Notes: generated by a model from the letters alone, not told the origin. DNA of 64,000 nt from Candidatus Parcubacteria bacterium (GCA_025999395.1 AP024682.1:173638-237637), one strand, 5' to 3'. Positions 29,720 to 39,414 are shown, numbered from the stretch's first letter. A program made the numbers and translations.

Positions 29720-30064
29720 ATGGTTTTGGTTTTTCTTTTGAAGACTCTTTATTTTAGAATCTTAGCTTTTTTCCGTCATTGGTATTTGGATACTTTTCGG
29801 CTGCTTTGGGGTTGGCTTTTGGGAAGATTAAGAGCTTTGGAAAAAAATTTGGCTATCCGCCTAAATTTTAGATTTCTTTTTGTCCCTCTTTATCAGGAAT
29901 ACAATGTCTACGGCTATGTTTTGGGATTTATTTTTCGATTTTTTAGAGTACTGATGGGAGGACTTTTTTATTTGCTGATCTTTTTGGGGGTAATGATTGT
30001 TTATCTTTTTTGGATTTTGATTCCTCCCTTTTTGATTTATAAGTTTTTTACCTCTGAAAATTAA
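29720..30064 (+). CDS. hypothetical small membrane protein
   Basis: 114 aa, Arg/Phe/Leu-rich with two TM segments; no recognisable domain. Confidence 0.3.
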   Translation: MVLVFLLKTLYFRILAFFRHWYLDTFRLLWGWLLGRLRALEKNLAIRLNFRFLFVPLYQEYNVYGYVLGFIFRFFRVLMGGLFYLLIFLGVMIVYLFWILIPPFLIYKFFTSEN

Positions 30065-30081
30065 AAAATTTTAGTAAAACT

Positions 30082-32592
30082 TTGGAAGATATGGAGTTTA
30101 CCTTTAATCGAAGAATTGTTTGGATGAGCCCTTGGAGCCGCTCTTTGGCAAGGATTATTTCTTATTCTTTTTTAATTATTGTTTTGGGAGCAACGGCGGC
30201 TTTTTTGATTTCGGAAAGTTCTCGCTTTCATTGGTTGGGAATTTTGTTGGCTCTTTTTCTAATTGATTATGCTATTCATTTTTCCTCTTCTCATTACAAA
30301 GTAAGCCAGCTTTTTGCTGGCAAGGTTCCTCAAAATAATGTTGCTTTGTGTCTTAATCGTCAGGCTTTGGGAGCTCTTACTTTGGCTTTGGAGCGAGCGC
30401 TTTTGATGAGGGAAAAATTTTATTTGGTTTTAGCGCTTTTTTTGCTAGAGAAAGATTCGATTGCTAAAGCTTTGGAAAAATTAGAGATAAATATCTCGGA
30501 ATTTAAAAACAAATTAGAAGAAGAAATTGAAAAAACTAGTGGTCAGGAAAAAATTTCTCTTCCCGAACTAAAAGAGGCGGTGAAAGACTTGGTAACTCAG
30601 GCGGCTTTTATTTCTAAATTTCATTTGGAGGAAGAAATTAATTTGGAAAGTCTCTTTTGTGCCCTCTTTTTATCAGATGATCCGTCTTTAAAAAAGATTT
30701 TGGATCTTTTTTCTTTAACTGCTGATGATATTAACGCGGCTATTGTTTTTTCTCGTTTTGCTTTTGGAAAAAAAAGTCTTTTGCCCGCTACTCTAGGGGG
30801 CTTTGCTTTGAGGAAAGCTAAAATTAAGAGTCATCGAGTTAATCGTACCTTCACCTCCCGGCCAACTCCTTTTTTGGATAATTTTTCTGTTGATTTAACT
30901 GATTTAGCTCGGCGAGGAGATGTTGGATTTCTCATTGGTCATCAAAAGGAATATGAAAGAATGATTAATATTTTATCAGGAGAAGGCAGGCGCAATGTTC
31001 TTCTGGTGGGGGAGGCTGGTATTGGTAAAGAATCTTTGGTTCAGCATTTAGCTTTTCAAATAATTAATGATAATGTTCCCGCTCCTCTTTTTGATAAAAG
31101 GTTAGTAAAACTTTCTTTGGAAGAAATTATGACCGGAGCTGGAATTGAAGAATTAACTTTAAGATTAAGAAAAATTATTGAGGAAATTGTAAAAGCAGGA
31201 AATATTATTCTTTATCTACCCGACATTCATCTTTTAGCTAAAACTTCTCAAGAGGGTGCTTTTAATCTTTCTGATGCCTTTTTGCCTATTATTTCTTCCT
31301 CGCTTTTCCCGGTGATTGGCGCCACCTATCCCAAAGAGTTCAAAATGTATATTGAAAGTCATTCAAATTTTGCTTCTCAATTTGAGGTAATTCGAGTAGA
31401 AGAAATTAGTTTAAACGAAGCCATGACCTTACTTACTCATGAGGCACTTTTATTAGAAAGAAGATATCGAGTTTCGATAAACTTTTCTGCAATTAAGCAA
31501 GCGGTTTTTTTGGCTTCGAAATATTTTAAACAAACTCCGCTTCCTTCCAGCGCTGAGAATCTTTTAAAAGAAGCTTTATCTTGGGCTTCTCAGACACAGG
31601 AAAAAGTGGTTGATAAAGAAAGTATTATTTATATTGCCGAAAGAAAAATAAATATTCCTCTTCATAGAACCAAAAAAGAAGAAGCGGAAGCACTTTTAAA
31701 TTTGGAAGATTTAATTCATCAGTCGTTAATTGATCAAGAAGAAGCAGTCAAAGCAGTGGCTGATTCTTTGAGAGCTTTTAGAAGCGGATTAGCTCGAAAA
31801 GGAGGCCCAATTGCTACTTTTCTTTTTGTCGGACCAACAGGAGTAGGAAAAACTGAGCTTTCTAAAATTCTTGCCAAAATTAATTTTGGCTCAGAGGAAT
31901 CAATGTTGCGCTTTGATATGTCAGAGTATCAAGAAAAATCATCTATTGTTCGTTTTATTGGTTCCAGCGACGGGAAAATTGTTGGTTCTCTGACGGAAGG
32001 AGTTAGTCAAAAACCCTATTCTTTAGTCTTGCTTGATGAATTTGAAAAGGCTCATCCCGATGTTTTAAATCTTTTTTTACAAGTTTTTGATGATGGTCGT
32101 TTAACTGATGGTTTGGGAAATTTGGTTGATTTTCAAAATACAATTATTATTGCTACTTCTAATGCTTGCTCTCTTTTTATTCAGGAACAAATATTAAATG
32201 GCAAAAAGGTAGAAGATTTTGCTCAGGAACTAAAAAAGAAATTAGCCGAATTTTTCAAACCAGAGTTGTTAAATCGTTTCTCTGATATTATTATCTTTAA
32301 ACCTCTTTCTTTAGCAGATATTGAAAAAATTGCCTTTCTTAATTTAAAGAAACTTGCCTTAACTGCGTTAGAAGCTCAAAAAATAGAGCTTGTTTTTGAT
32401 GAAAAAGCAGTCAAAGAGATTGCTAAAAGGGGTTATGATCCGGTTTTTGGAGCTCGTCCTTTAAGAAAAGCTATTGATGATAACATCAAATCTACTCTTT
32501 CTAAAATGATTTTATCGGAAAAGGTAACTAGCGGCAGTAAAGTTTTGGTTTCTGTTGATGATAATCATCAATTTACTTTTTCCATTGGTTGA
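30082..32592 (+). CDS. ClpC/ClpB-family two-ring AAA+ ATPase with N-terminal hydrophobic segment and degenerate D1 Walker motifs
   Basis: Clp N-domain repeats; D1 Walker A GEAGIGKES (K followed by E, not T/S) and Walker B ILYLPDIH (no DE); D2 canonical GPTGVGKTELSK and LVLLDEFEKAH; C-terminal ClpB_D2-small. Confidence 0.75.
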   Translation: MEDMEFTFNRRIVWMSPWSRSLARIISYSFLIIVLGATAAFLISESSRFHWLGILLALFLIDYAIHFSSSHYKVSQLFAGKVPQNNVALCLNRQALGALTLALERALLMREKFYLVLALFLLEKDSIAKALEKLEINISEFKNKLEEEIEKTSGQEKISLPELKEAVKDLVTQAAFISKFHLEEEINLESLFCALFLSDDPSLKKILDLFSLTADDINAAIVFSRFAFGKKSLLPATLGGFALRKAKIKSHRVNRTFTSRPTPFLDNFSVDLTDLARRGDVGFLIGHQKEYERMINILSGEGRRNVLLVGEAGIGKESLVQHLAFQIINDNVPAPLFDKRLVKLSLEEIMTGAGIEELTLRLRKIIEEIVKAGNIILYLPDIHLLAKTSQEGAFNLSDAFLPIISSSLFPVIGATYPKEFKMYIESHSNFASQFEVIRVEEISLNEAMTLLTHEALLLERRYRVSINFSAIKQAVFLASKYFKQTPLPSSAENLLKEALSWASQTQEKVVDKESIIYIAERKINIPLHRTKKEEAEALLNLEDLIHQSLIDQEEAVKAVADSLRAFRSGLARKGGPIATFLFVGPTGVGKTELSKILAKINFGSEESMLRFDMSEYQEKSSIVRFIGSSDGKIVGSLTEGVSQKPYSLVLLDEFEKAHPDVLNLFLQVFDDGRLTDGLGNLVDFQNTIIIATSNACSLFIQEQILNGKKVEDFAQELKKKLAEFFKPELLNRFSDIIIFKPLSLADIEKIAFLNLKKLALTALEAQKIELVFDEKAVKEIAKRGYDPVFGARPLRKAIDDNIKSTLSKMILSEKVTSGSKVLVSVDDNHQFTFSIG

Positions 32593-32615
32593 TTTTTTAA
32601 AATTTTTTAAAGGTT

Positions 32616-33128
32616 ATGTTTCTTAGGTCAAAGAATTTTAAAAATGCTTATCAGAAAAGAGAAATCTCTTCGGGGATTGTTATTTTTAAAAGATTTGAGG
32701 ATGGGCCAAGATTTCTTCTGCTTTATCGAGGAAATAATATTTGGAGTTTTCCTCGAGGAAAAATGGAGGAAGGAGAAAAAAGCTTTCCCGCCGCTTTAAG
32801 AGAGGTTAAAGAAGAAACGGGATTAAATCGAAGCGATTTAAAACTTCTTGGTTATTTTAAAGCTTATGAGAATTTTTCTTTTATTAGAAATGGAGAAAGG
32901 GTTTTTAAGACGGTTATTCTTTATTTAGCAGAGTCAAATAAAGATTACATTAAAATTTCTCAAGAACACAAAGGCTATGGCTGGTTTTCTTACAGAGAAG
33001 CTTTAAAACTTTTTCCCCAAGAAAAATTTGCCGATAGCCGAAAAGTCTTAAGAAAAGCTTATTATTTTATTATAAATGAAGATAAAAATTTTCAGCCGGA
33101 ATTAAAAAAATCTAATAAGATTTTTTGA
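32616..33128 (+). CDS. NUDIX hydrolase
   Basis: Nudix box GKMEEGEKSFPAALREVKEETGL. Confidence 0.8.
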   Translation: MFLRSKNFKNAYQKREISSGIVIFKRFEDGPRFLLLYRGNNIWSFPRGKMEEGEKSFPAALREVKEETGLNRSDLKLLGYFKAYENFSFIRNGERVFKTVILYLAESNKDYIKISQEHKGYGWFSYREALKLFPQEKFADSRKVLRKAYYFIINEDKNFQPELKKSNKIF

Positions 33129-33182
33129 TTCTTTTTCTCGAAAATAATTTTATAAGCGGTTTTAATATCACTTTTTAAATAT

Positions 33183-33215
33183 TGACATCTGTAAAGAAAT
33201 TGTTATATAATTTAA
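33183..33215 (+). promoter_or_regulatory. sigma70-like promoter TTGACA-N16/17-TATATAAT
   Basis: TTGACA 33183-33188, extended -10 tgttATATAAT, followed by RBS AAGGGGG before ATG 33254. Confidence 0.45.
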
Positions 33216-33253
33216 ATAGTCCTTTGAAAAGGAGGACTAGAAAGGGGGTTAAA

Positions 33254-33730
33254 ATGAAAAAACTGGCGCTTGTTTCTGTTATTTTATCTTTTTGTATTTT
33301 CTCTTCCTGTGGAGGTAGCGACACGCCCACGTCACCTTCTCCAATTAAAAAGGCTTTAGTTGTTCAAATACATGGCATATCGAACGGGCATTCATGCGGA
33401 GACCAAGTCAGAGGAAGGGCAGTCATTGAGATAAAGTATAGCTATACTGCTGAAGTTAGTGTATTACCTAGACCTGTGCTAGAGGGGGCCGATTTCTTTC
33501 TCCAAGCTTCGATAGAAAAACCTTTACCTCCAGCAGAAAATAGAGTTCGCTACTTATCGGTATCATGTCCGGTGAGTCAAGGTAAGAGCACCTGTTCGGC
33601 CATGGGTTACCACGATCTTGCAAATATCGTCACTAAAACCATTGGAGTATCGTTGGTTGACCCTGATTCAGGAGAGGTTTTCGACAGAAAAGAGATCCCA
33701 TGCGAGCTCACGTGGTTGATCGATCCCTAA
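33254..33730 (+). CDS. hypothetical lipoprotein (GC-rich relative to neighbourhood)
   Basis: MKKLALVSVILSFCIFSSCGGSD signal/lipobox-like; several Cys; track start 33182 lies inside promoter, real start ATG 33254. Confidence 0.45.
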   Translation: MKKLALVSVILSFCIFSSCGGSDTPTSPSPIKKALVVQIHGISNGHSCGDQVRGRAVIEIKYSYTAEVSVLPRPVLEGADFFLQASIEKPLPPAENRVRYLSVSCPVSQGKSTCSAMGYHDLANIVTKTIGVSLVDPDSGEVFDRKEIPCELTWLIDP

Positions 33731-33780
33731 TTAACAATCTCTAACTCCTTTTCTCCAAACACCCTCTCCCAGCGCTCTCT

Positions 33781-33810
33781 AGCGGCTTCATAAAGCCGCT
33801 TTTTTTTATT
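33781..33810 (+). terminator. rho-independent terminator
   Basis: agcggctt-cataa-agccgct + TTTTTTTT. Confidence 0.75.
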
Positions 33811-33912
33811 TTTTATTAGTTTATAATTTTTGTAATGCATTGTAATTAAAAAAATAAGTTGTAATTAAAAAATAATTAAAGTAGCGTCGAAATTAGTTAA
33901 TCAATTTTAAAT

Positions 33913-36900
33913 ATGAAAAAAATATCTAATTTTAAAATAAAAATTTTTATATTTTTTATTTTTTCTCTTTTTTCTTTGCTTTTTCATTCAAAACTTGCTT
34001 TAGCTACCTGTAATCCTGTAACAGGTGAAGGGGAGGGATTAGCTTCTGCTGAAATAACAAGTCTAAATTTTAATATTAATTATCAAGATAAAATTGTATA
34101 TTTTTCAGGTTTTGCTCGTCCCGGTCTTAATTGCAGTAATGATACTTTTTATCTCGGAGTTGATTTTCAAGTTGATAATACAAACATAGGAGGGACTTTA
34201 ATAGAATATTACTCTTCTCATTCTGGAAATTTAATGCCTTTTACAGGGGATTTTTATATTAATAATCTATTTTCAGGAACATATACTTTAAGAGTTATCG
34301 CTTATGGTCCTCCTGGAGCTCCGAATGATGAAGAAACTCGTACTTTTTCTATTTCCCCTCCAACTTGTTCACCGAGTTATCAAACAGTAGAAGTTGGCCA
34401 AATGGTTAGTTTTTCTGCTTCTGATGGAATGTTAACTGGTGATTATAATTGGACTGCTTCAGGAGGAAACCCATCTTCTGGTTCGGGTACTTCTTTTTCT
34501 ACTTCTTATTCTTCTACGGGCACAAAAACAGTTACTGTTAAAAAGGGAAATGATCCTACTGCCGGCACTTGTACTGTTAATGTTATTAGTGATCAAGGAG
34601 GTGGTGGTAATACTCCCACCGCCTCTCTTACTTCCAATTATGACTCTATTCTAAAAGGAAATCCGGTAACTCTTAGCTGGACCTCTTCAAACGCTGATAG
34701 ATGTGATGCTTTGGCAGGAGCTGGTTTTTCTACTAACGGCTCAACTTCTGGATCAGATGAAGTAAATCCTTTAAGTGGAGATACGACATTTTCTATTAGA
34801 TGTTATAAAGACACTAATGGAAATAATCAATTTGATAACGGCGAACCTTCCGCTCAAGCTAATAAAACCGTTACTATTTTCTATCATACCTTAAACATAG
34901 ACGCCGCTCTTTATTCTAACTCTAATTGTACTGGGAGTACTATAGCAATGGGTCAAGATGCTAATTCGGTTACTGTAACTGTCAAAAAAAGTTCCACAGG
35001 TCAAATTTTCGATTTTGGAGTTGGTCCTCAAAATATTTGGGGTACAATGCCAGAAACTTATTCTGTTTCTAATGCTACTATTAATAATACTAGCTATAAG
35101 TATTGTGGTTCATCATCTTCAGTAACTTTTAACAGTGTTTCTCAGACTCAAACAGAAACTTTGACAGCTTTCTTTGCCCCCATCTCAGGTCAAGATAATC
35201 CTCCTTCTTCTCCTCCTTCAAATCTATCCGCTTTTGGAGAGTGTCATCAAAATTATCCTTCAGCTTCTACTCAAGTCTATCTTTCTTGGTCAGCTGTTTC
35301 AGGAGCAACTTCTTATAATGTTTATAGAAATGGATCTTATATCGGATCAACCACTAACACTGATTTTATTGATAGAAATCTATCTTTTAATCAAACCTAT
35401 TCTTATCAAGTTTCAGCTGTAAATAACAAAGGAGAAGGTCCTAAATCAAACTCTGTTTCTGCAACTACACCATCTTCTTGTAGTAATCCACCTGGCGGTG
35501 GCGGTGGTGGTGGCAACAATCCTACTTATGTTATTACTCCTTCAGAAGCTAGCATTGAAGTAGGCAATGAATATCAATTTACAGGTCTTTACGATCCAGA
35601 TGGAACAAATGATCGTTATGGAGATTTTGATGTTACTAGTTTAGCAAATTGGGGCATTAAAAGTGGCATAAATTACATCCAAAAAACAGGTCCAGGAAAA
35701 TATAAAGGTTTATCTCCAGGAAGTGATCCTCAAAACATAACTTCCTCTTATAATTCCATTTCTGCTTCTGCAACTTTAAACGTTGTTTCTAGTTCTTCTT
35801 ACTTTACCCTTTCTATTTCTCCTTCTTATCAAGAAGTTACAAAACCAGGATTAGTTACATATACTGTAACTGTTTCTTCTCAAAATGGATTTAACGGCAC
35901 TGTCTCTCTTTCTGTTTTAGGTCTTCCTTCAGGAATAACAGCTTCTTTAAATCCTTCATCAGTTACTCTTTCAAACAATTCACAAAATTCTACTCTTACT
36001 CTTAACATCTCATCAAACGCTTCTATCGGTAGATCAACTTTTTCTGTAAAAGGATCAAATCAAAATCTATCATATACTGATTCGGCTGATATAAATATCT
36101 TAGGAAACAGCACTGGACCACTTTCCTGCAGTTTAAATGCTTCTCCTAATCCAGCAAATGCAGGAAATTCTGTAACTTTATCTACAACTATTTCCGGAGG
36201 AAGTGGATCTTATAGATGTCGATTTTATTATGAACCTGGATCGGTTGATTTAGATTATTTTAATTGCTCTGACCGTACTCATACTTACTTTTCTTCAGGA
36301 ACATATACCCCTTCTGTGGATGTTATAGATCAAAACAACTCTCAACTTCAAACTTCTTGTAACACTTCTTTAATTGTTTTTCCTGGAAACGAAAATTCTT
36401 ATCATACTGAATGTATAAACAATGCTTGTGTTATAGTTGACGGACCAGGTAATAATCAATGCCTTTCAAATAACGATTGTAATCAAGGCAATAATAATCC
36501 TTTTGTTGACTTAAAGGTAAACAACAGTGATGGTCCATTAACTATTGGTTATCCTTCAGGAAGTCCTTTAGGAGGATTAATGAATATTTCTTGGAATTCA
36601 AACAATGTTAGTTTATGTCAGGCTTCAGCTCAACCAGCAGTAAATGGCTGGAGCGGCTCTCTTCCAAATTCAGGATCAACAGATGCTTTTGCTTTTGATA
36701 CTAATCCTAATTCTTCAGGCACTCAATACAGACTTTCACTTTCTTGTTCTCCTAATAAAAGTGATTTTGTTGATGTAAATATTATTGAATGTGGTTTAGA
36801 TTCATCAAATGATCCTGCTTGTCAACAATTTGATAGTTGTTATCTAAACGCCACTCCTGATACTGTCTTTTCTGGTCAGTTTTCAACTTTAACTTGGGGC

Positions 36901-37092
36901 TGTTCCTTCCCAGAAGGAAAAACCTGTTTTATCAATCAAGAAATTGGTCAAGTAAATGCTTCTGGAGGTAGTTTAAAGGTTAATCCTCGTAAAACCACTA
37001 CTTATACTCTCTCTTGCACCGGAGTTCCGGATGTTTCCACTACTGTTTCAGTTTCTTTCTTGAAAAAGTTAAAAGAAGTTATTCCTTGGTAG
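33913..37092 (+). CDS. large secreted Cys-rich surface protein with FN3 and bacterial Ig-like (Big) domains
   Basis: signal peptide; FN3 (SPPSNLSAFGECHQNYPSASTQVYLSWSAVSGATSYNVYRNGSYIGSTTNTDFIDRNLSFNQTYSYQVSAVNNKGEGP); Ig-like YVITPSEASIEVGNEYQF; Gly runs; many paired Cys. Confidence 0.6.
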   Translation: MKKISNFKIKIFIFFIFSLFSLLFHSKLALATCNPVTGEGEGLASAEITSLNFNINYQDKIVYFSGFARPGLNCSNDTFYLGVDFQVDNTNIGGTLIEYYSSHSGNLMPFTGDFYINNLFSGTYTLRVIAYGPPGAPNDEETRTFSISPPTCSPSYQTVEVGQMVSFSASDGMLTGDYNWTASGGNPSSGSGTSFSTSYSSTGTKTVTVKKGNDPTAGTCTVNVISDQGGGGNTPTASLTSNYDSILKGNPVTLSWTSSNADRCDALAGAGFSTNGSTSGSDEVNPLSGDTTFSIRCYKDTNGNNQFDNGEPSAQANKTVTIFYHTLNIDAALYSNSNCTGSTIAMGQDANSVTVTVKKSSTGQIFDFGVGPQNIWGTMPETYSVSNATINNTSYKYCGSSSSVTFNSVSQTQTETLTAFFAPISGQDNPPSSPPSNLSAFGECHQNYPSASTQVYLSWSAVSGATSYNVYRNGSYIGSTTNTDFIDRNLSFNQTYSYQVSAVNNKGEGPKSNSVSATTPSSCSNPPGGGGGGGNNPTYVITPSEASIEVGNEYQFTGLYDPDGTNDRYGDFDVTSLANWGIKSGINYIQKTGPGKYKGLSPGSDPQNITSSYNSISASATLNVVSSSSYFTLSISPSYQEVTKPGLVTYTVTVSSQNGFNGTVSLSVLGLPSGITASLNPSSVTLSNNSQNSTLTLNISSNASIGRSTFSVKGSNQNLSYTDSADINILGNSTGPLSCSLNASPNPANAGNSVTLSTTISGGSGSYRCRFYYEPGSVDLDYFNCSDRTHTYFSSGTYTPSVDVIDQNNSQLQTSCNTSLIVFPGNENSYHTECINNACVIVDGPGNNQCLSNNDCNQGNNNPFVDLKVNNSDGPLTIGYPSGSPLGGLMNISWNSNNVSLCQASAQPAVNGWSGSLPNSGSTDAFAFDTNPNSSGTQYRLSLSCSPNKSDFVDVNIIECGLDSSNDPACQQFDSCYLNATPDTVFSGQFSTLTWGCSFPEGKTCFINQEIGQVNASGGSLKVNPRKTTTYTLSCTGVPDVSTTVSVSFLKKLKEVIPW

Positions 37093-37154
37093 GGAAAATA
37101 AAAAAATTTTTATATAGAAAAAGAGAGAAAAAATTTAGGAGTCAAGAGTAAATT

Positions 37155-37499
37155 TTACTTAACTTCTTCTACAATTTTTTTAAAAACAGCTGGGTGTTTT
37201 TGAGCAATTTCAGCTAAAATTTTTCTATCGATTTCAACATTTTTCTTTTTTAAGGAATTAATTAATTTACTATAAGTTAATCCATTTTCTCTAGCGGCTG
37301 CGTTAATTTTTACTTGCCATAAAGAACGAAAGTTTCTCTTTTTTTCTTTTCTTCCTCTGAAAGCGTGGACTCCTGCGTGAAGCAAAGCTTCTTTGGCTGC
37401 TCTTTCTTTGCTTTTTCTTCCCCACTTAAAGCCTTTCACTTTTTTTAATATTTTTTCTCTTTTTTTGTGAGCAATAACTCCTCTTTTAACTCTAGTCAT
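37155..37499 (-). CDS. rplT: 50S ribosomal protein L20
   Basis: MTRVKRGVIAHKKREKILKKVKGF...RNFRSLWQVKINAAARENGLTYSKLINSLKK. Confidence 0.9.
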   Translation of the reverse strand: MTRVKRGVIAHKKREKILKKVKGFKWGRKSKERAAKEALLHAGVHAFRGRKEKKRNFRSLWQVKINAAARENGLTYSKLINSLKKKNVEIDRKILAEIAQKHPAVFKKIVEEVK

Positions 37500-37528
37500 A
37501 GATTGGATTTACTAATGATAATTTGAAG

Positions 37529-37714
37529 TTATAAAGTTCCAGGTTTTTTGAAAATATTTTTAATTAGATAATCACTTCTTTTTGGTTGCTTCTTTCTTTT
37601 GATCTGTTTAGAACTTTTTTTGGAAAGAAAGTGACTTTGGCCGGCTTTTCGGCGAACTACTTTCTTGTTTTTGGTGATTTTGAGCCTACTTTGAACTAAT
37701 TTTTTTATCCTCAT
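37529..37714 (-). CDS. rpmI: 50S ribosomal protein L35
   Basis: 61 aa highly basic, MRIKKLVQSRLKITKNKKVVRRKAGQSHFLSKKSSKQ. Confidence 0.85.
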   Translation of the reverse strand: MRIKKLVQSRLKITKNKKVVRRKAGQSHFLSKKSSKQIKRKKQPKRSDYLIKNIFKKPGTL

Positions 37715-37736
37715 ATTTTTATTCCAATTAAGTTAT

Positions 37737-38243
37737 TTATTTTTTTGAGATTTGAATAACAATTCCTCTCCCTCCTTCTTTAGCTGGCATAGTGATTTTA
37801 TATTCAGTTTCGATCATTTCCAAAAATTCAGTTAATTTTTCATTAGCCCACTGACGATTGTATTTTTCTCTTCCTTTAAGCATTAAAACAATTTCTACTT
37901 TATGTCCTTGAGCCAAAAATTCTTCTATCTTTTTTACCTTTATCTTTAAGTCATTTTCTGCTGAGCGGGGGGTAATTCTTACCTGCTTTAATTCTTCTCG
38001 ACCTTGTCTAACTCTTTGTTTTTTCTCTTCTTTTTCTTGTTGATAGCGAAACTTATCAAAACTGATAATTTTGGCAACCGGTGGATTAGCGCTTGGAACA
38101 ATTTCAATCAAATCAAGCCCCTGCTCTGAAGCCAGCTTGAGAGCTTCTTCTTTGCTCATTACTCCCAAGTTTTTTCCTTCTGCATTAACTACTCTCAGCT
38201 GAGGGGCAGTTATTTGATTGTTAACTTTGAAATTCTTGATGAT
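37737..38243 (-). CDS. infC: translation initiation factor IF-3, with N-terminal extension and probable non-AUG (ATC) start
   Basis: track ORF starts at TTG 38168, but the in-frame upstream sequence encodes the conserved IF3 N-terminus ...FIIKNFKVNNQITAPQLRVVNAEGKNLGVMS...; TAA stop lies 12 nt upstream of the first ATC (38243-38241); classical infC operon infC-rpmI-rplT. Confidence 0.8.
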   Translation of the reverse strand: MIKNFKVNNQITAPQLRVVNAEGKNLGVMSKEEALKLASEQGLDLIEIVPSANPPVAKIISFDKFRYQQEKEEKKQRVRQGREELKQVRITPRSAENDLKIKVKKIEEFLAQGHKVEIVLMLKGREKYNRQWANEKLTEFLEMIETEYKITMPAKEGGRGIVIQISKK

Positions 38244-38411
38244 GAACGAATTTTTTGATTAATACTAACTTTAAAAAGCTAACATAAACTAAGCTTTTTT
38301 GCAAATTTTTTCAGGATTTTTAATTAAGGCAAAGAAAATAAAAAAGGAAGTTCTAAAAATTTCCTTCAGCAATAAAATAAAACCTTTTCTTTTATAAAAG
38401 TGGTGGAGAAG

Positions 38412-38750
38412 TGGTGGAGATGATGGGAGTTGAACCCATGTCCAAAGTAATTTTTAGTAAACCTCTACGAGCGTATCTCTCTTTAGAGAGAAAATAAAGT
38501 TGCCTCTTTTTTGTCCTTCTGTTTTTGGAGGCACAAAAACAGAAGTAAGTCTTGTTTCTTACACCGAACTTCCCTACAAGACCTCAGGAGTCGATGCCTC
38601 TCGATTTAAGCGAGAGGAAATCCCTGCTTTACGCAAAAGCGTAAGCGGGAGCCAAATTTTTGTTGGCAGTTATTTTTTTTGATAGCTTAACGGGCTATCA
38701 GGCGGCTCGCAGTTTACTAAAAATTTACTTTGTCGAATCCCGGCATCCCC
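38412..38750 (-). ncRNA. ssrA: tmRNA (ssrA), tag peptide ANKNLAPAYAFA
   Basis: 5' GGGGATGCCGGGATTCGACAAAG... (conserved GGAUUCGAC), 3' tRNA-like end ATGGG-TTCAACT-CCCAT-CATCTCC-A-CCA with G3:U70; internal ORF GCC AAC AAA AAT TTG GCT CCC GCT TAC GCT TTT GCG TAA; begins 11 nt after the smpB stop. Confidence 0.85.
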
Positions 38751-38760
38751 ATTTTTATTT

Positions 38761-39216
38761 TTAAAGTGCTTTAGAAATTGTTTTTAGCTTTCTTTGAATC
38801 TCTCTTTCGGTTTCCCTTTTTTTAATTATTTCTCTTTTGTCGAATTGTTTTTTACTTTTAGCTACTCCAATCTCTATTTTTAAAAGGTTGCCTTTATTAT
38901 ACAACTTTAATGGCACTATTGTCAATCCTTTCTCCTGCGATTTTCCTAAAAGATAATTTATCTCTTTCTTTTTTAAAAGAAGTCGTCGGGGGCGCTCTTT
39001 ATCGTAGCCAGGGGGAGTATTTTTTTCTTGAAAAGGGGAAATGGAAGCTCCCACCAGCCAAGCTTCATTATTGTAGATTTTTACATAAGCACCAGTTAAG
39101 GATCCTTTTTGAGCGCGTAAGGCTTTTACTTCGAATCCTTCTAATTCAATTCCAGCTTCGAATTTTTCTAAGATTTGATAATCAAAGAAAGCTTTTTTGT
39201 TTTCAAGAAGAATCAT
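38761..39216 (-). CDS. smpB: SsrA-binding protein SmpB
   Basis: KKAFFDYQILEKFEAGIELEGFEVKALRAQKGSLTGAYVKI...; immediately upstream of ssrA. Confidence 0.9.
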   Translation of the reverse strand: MILLENKKAFFDYQILEKFEAGIELEGFEVKALRAQKGSLTGAYVKIYNNEAWLVGASISPFQEKNTPPGYDKERPRRLLLKKKEINYLLGKSQEKGLTIVPLKLYNKGNLLKIEIGVAKSKKQFDKREIIKKRETEREIQRKLKTISKAL

Positions 39217-39414
39217 ATTTTGATAATAATTTAGTCTTCCTTATTTTATCGAGTTTTTTTCCAAATTACTACCGATTTTATCTCTTTGCTATTCTTTTTT
39301 TGTTTTCGAATAATTGGTAATTTTTCTGCTATCGCAGGAAAATTAAGAAGATAAGAAATAGAAAGAAAATCATTTTTACCCAAAGGTTTCAAAAAGTGGA
39401 TTTTTTTCAAAAAA

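Noticed and set aside
38401-38411. Duplicated tmRNA 3' end as genomic-island attachment site
   Set aside because: The two copies are only 3 nt apart and no integrase or island lies between or adjacent; more likely a short tandem duplication. Kept only as a note under the tmRNA finding.
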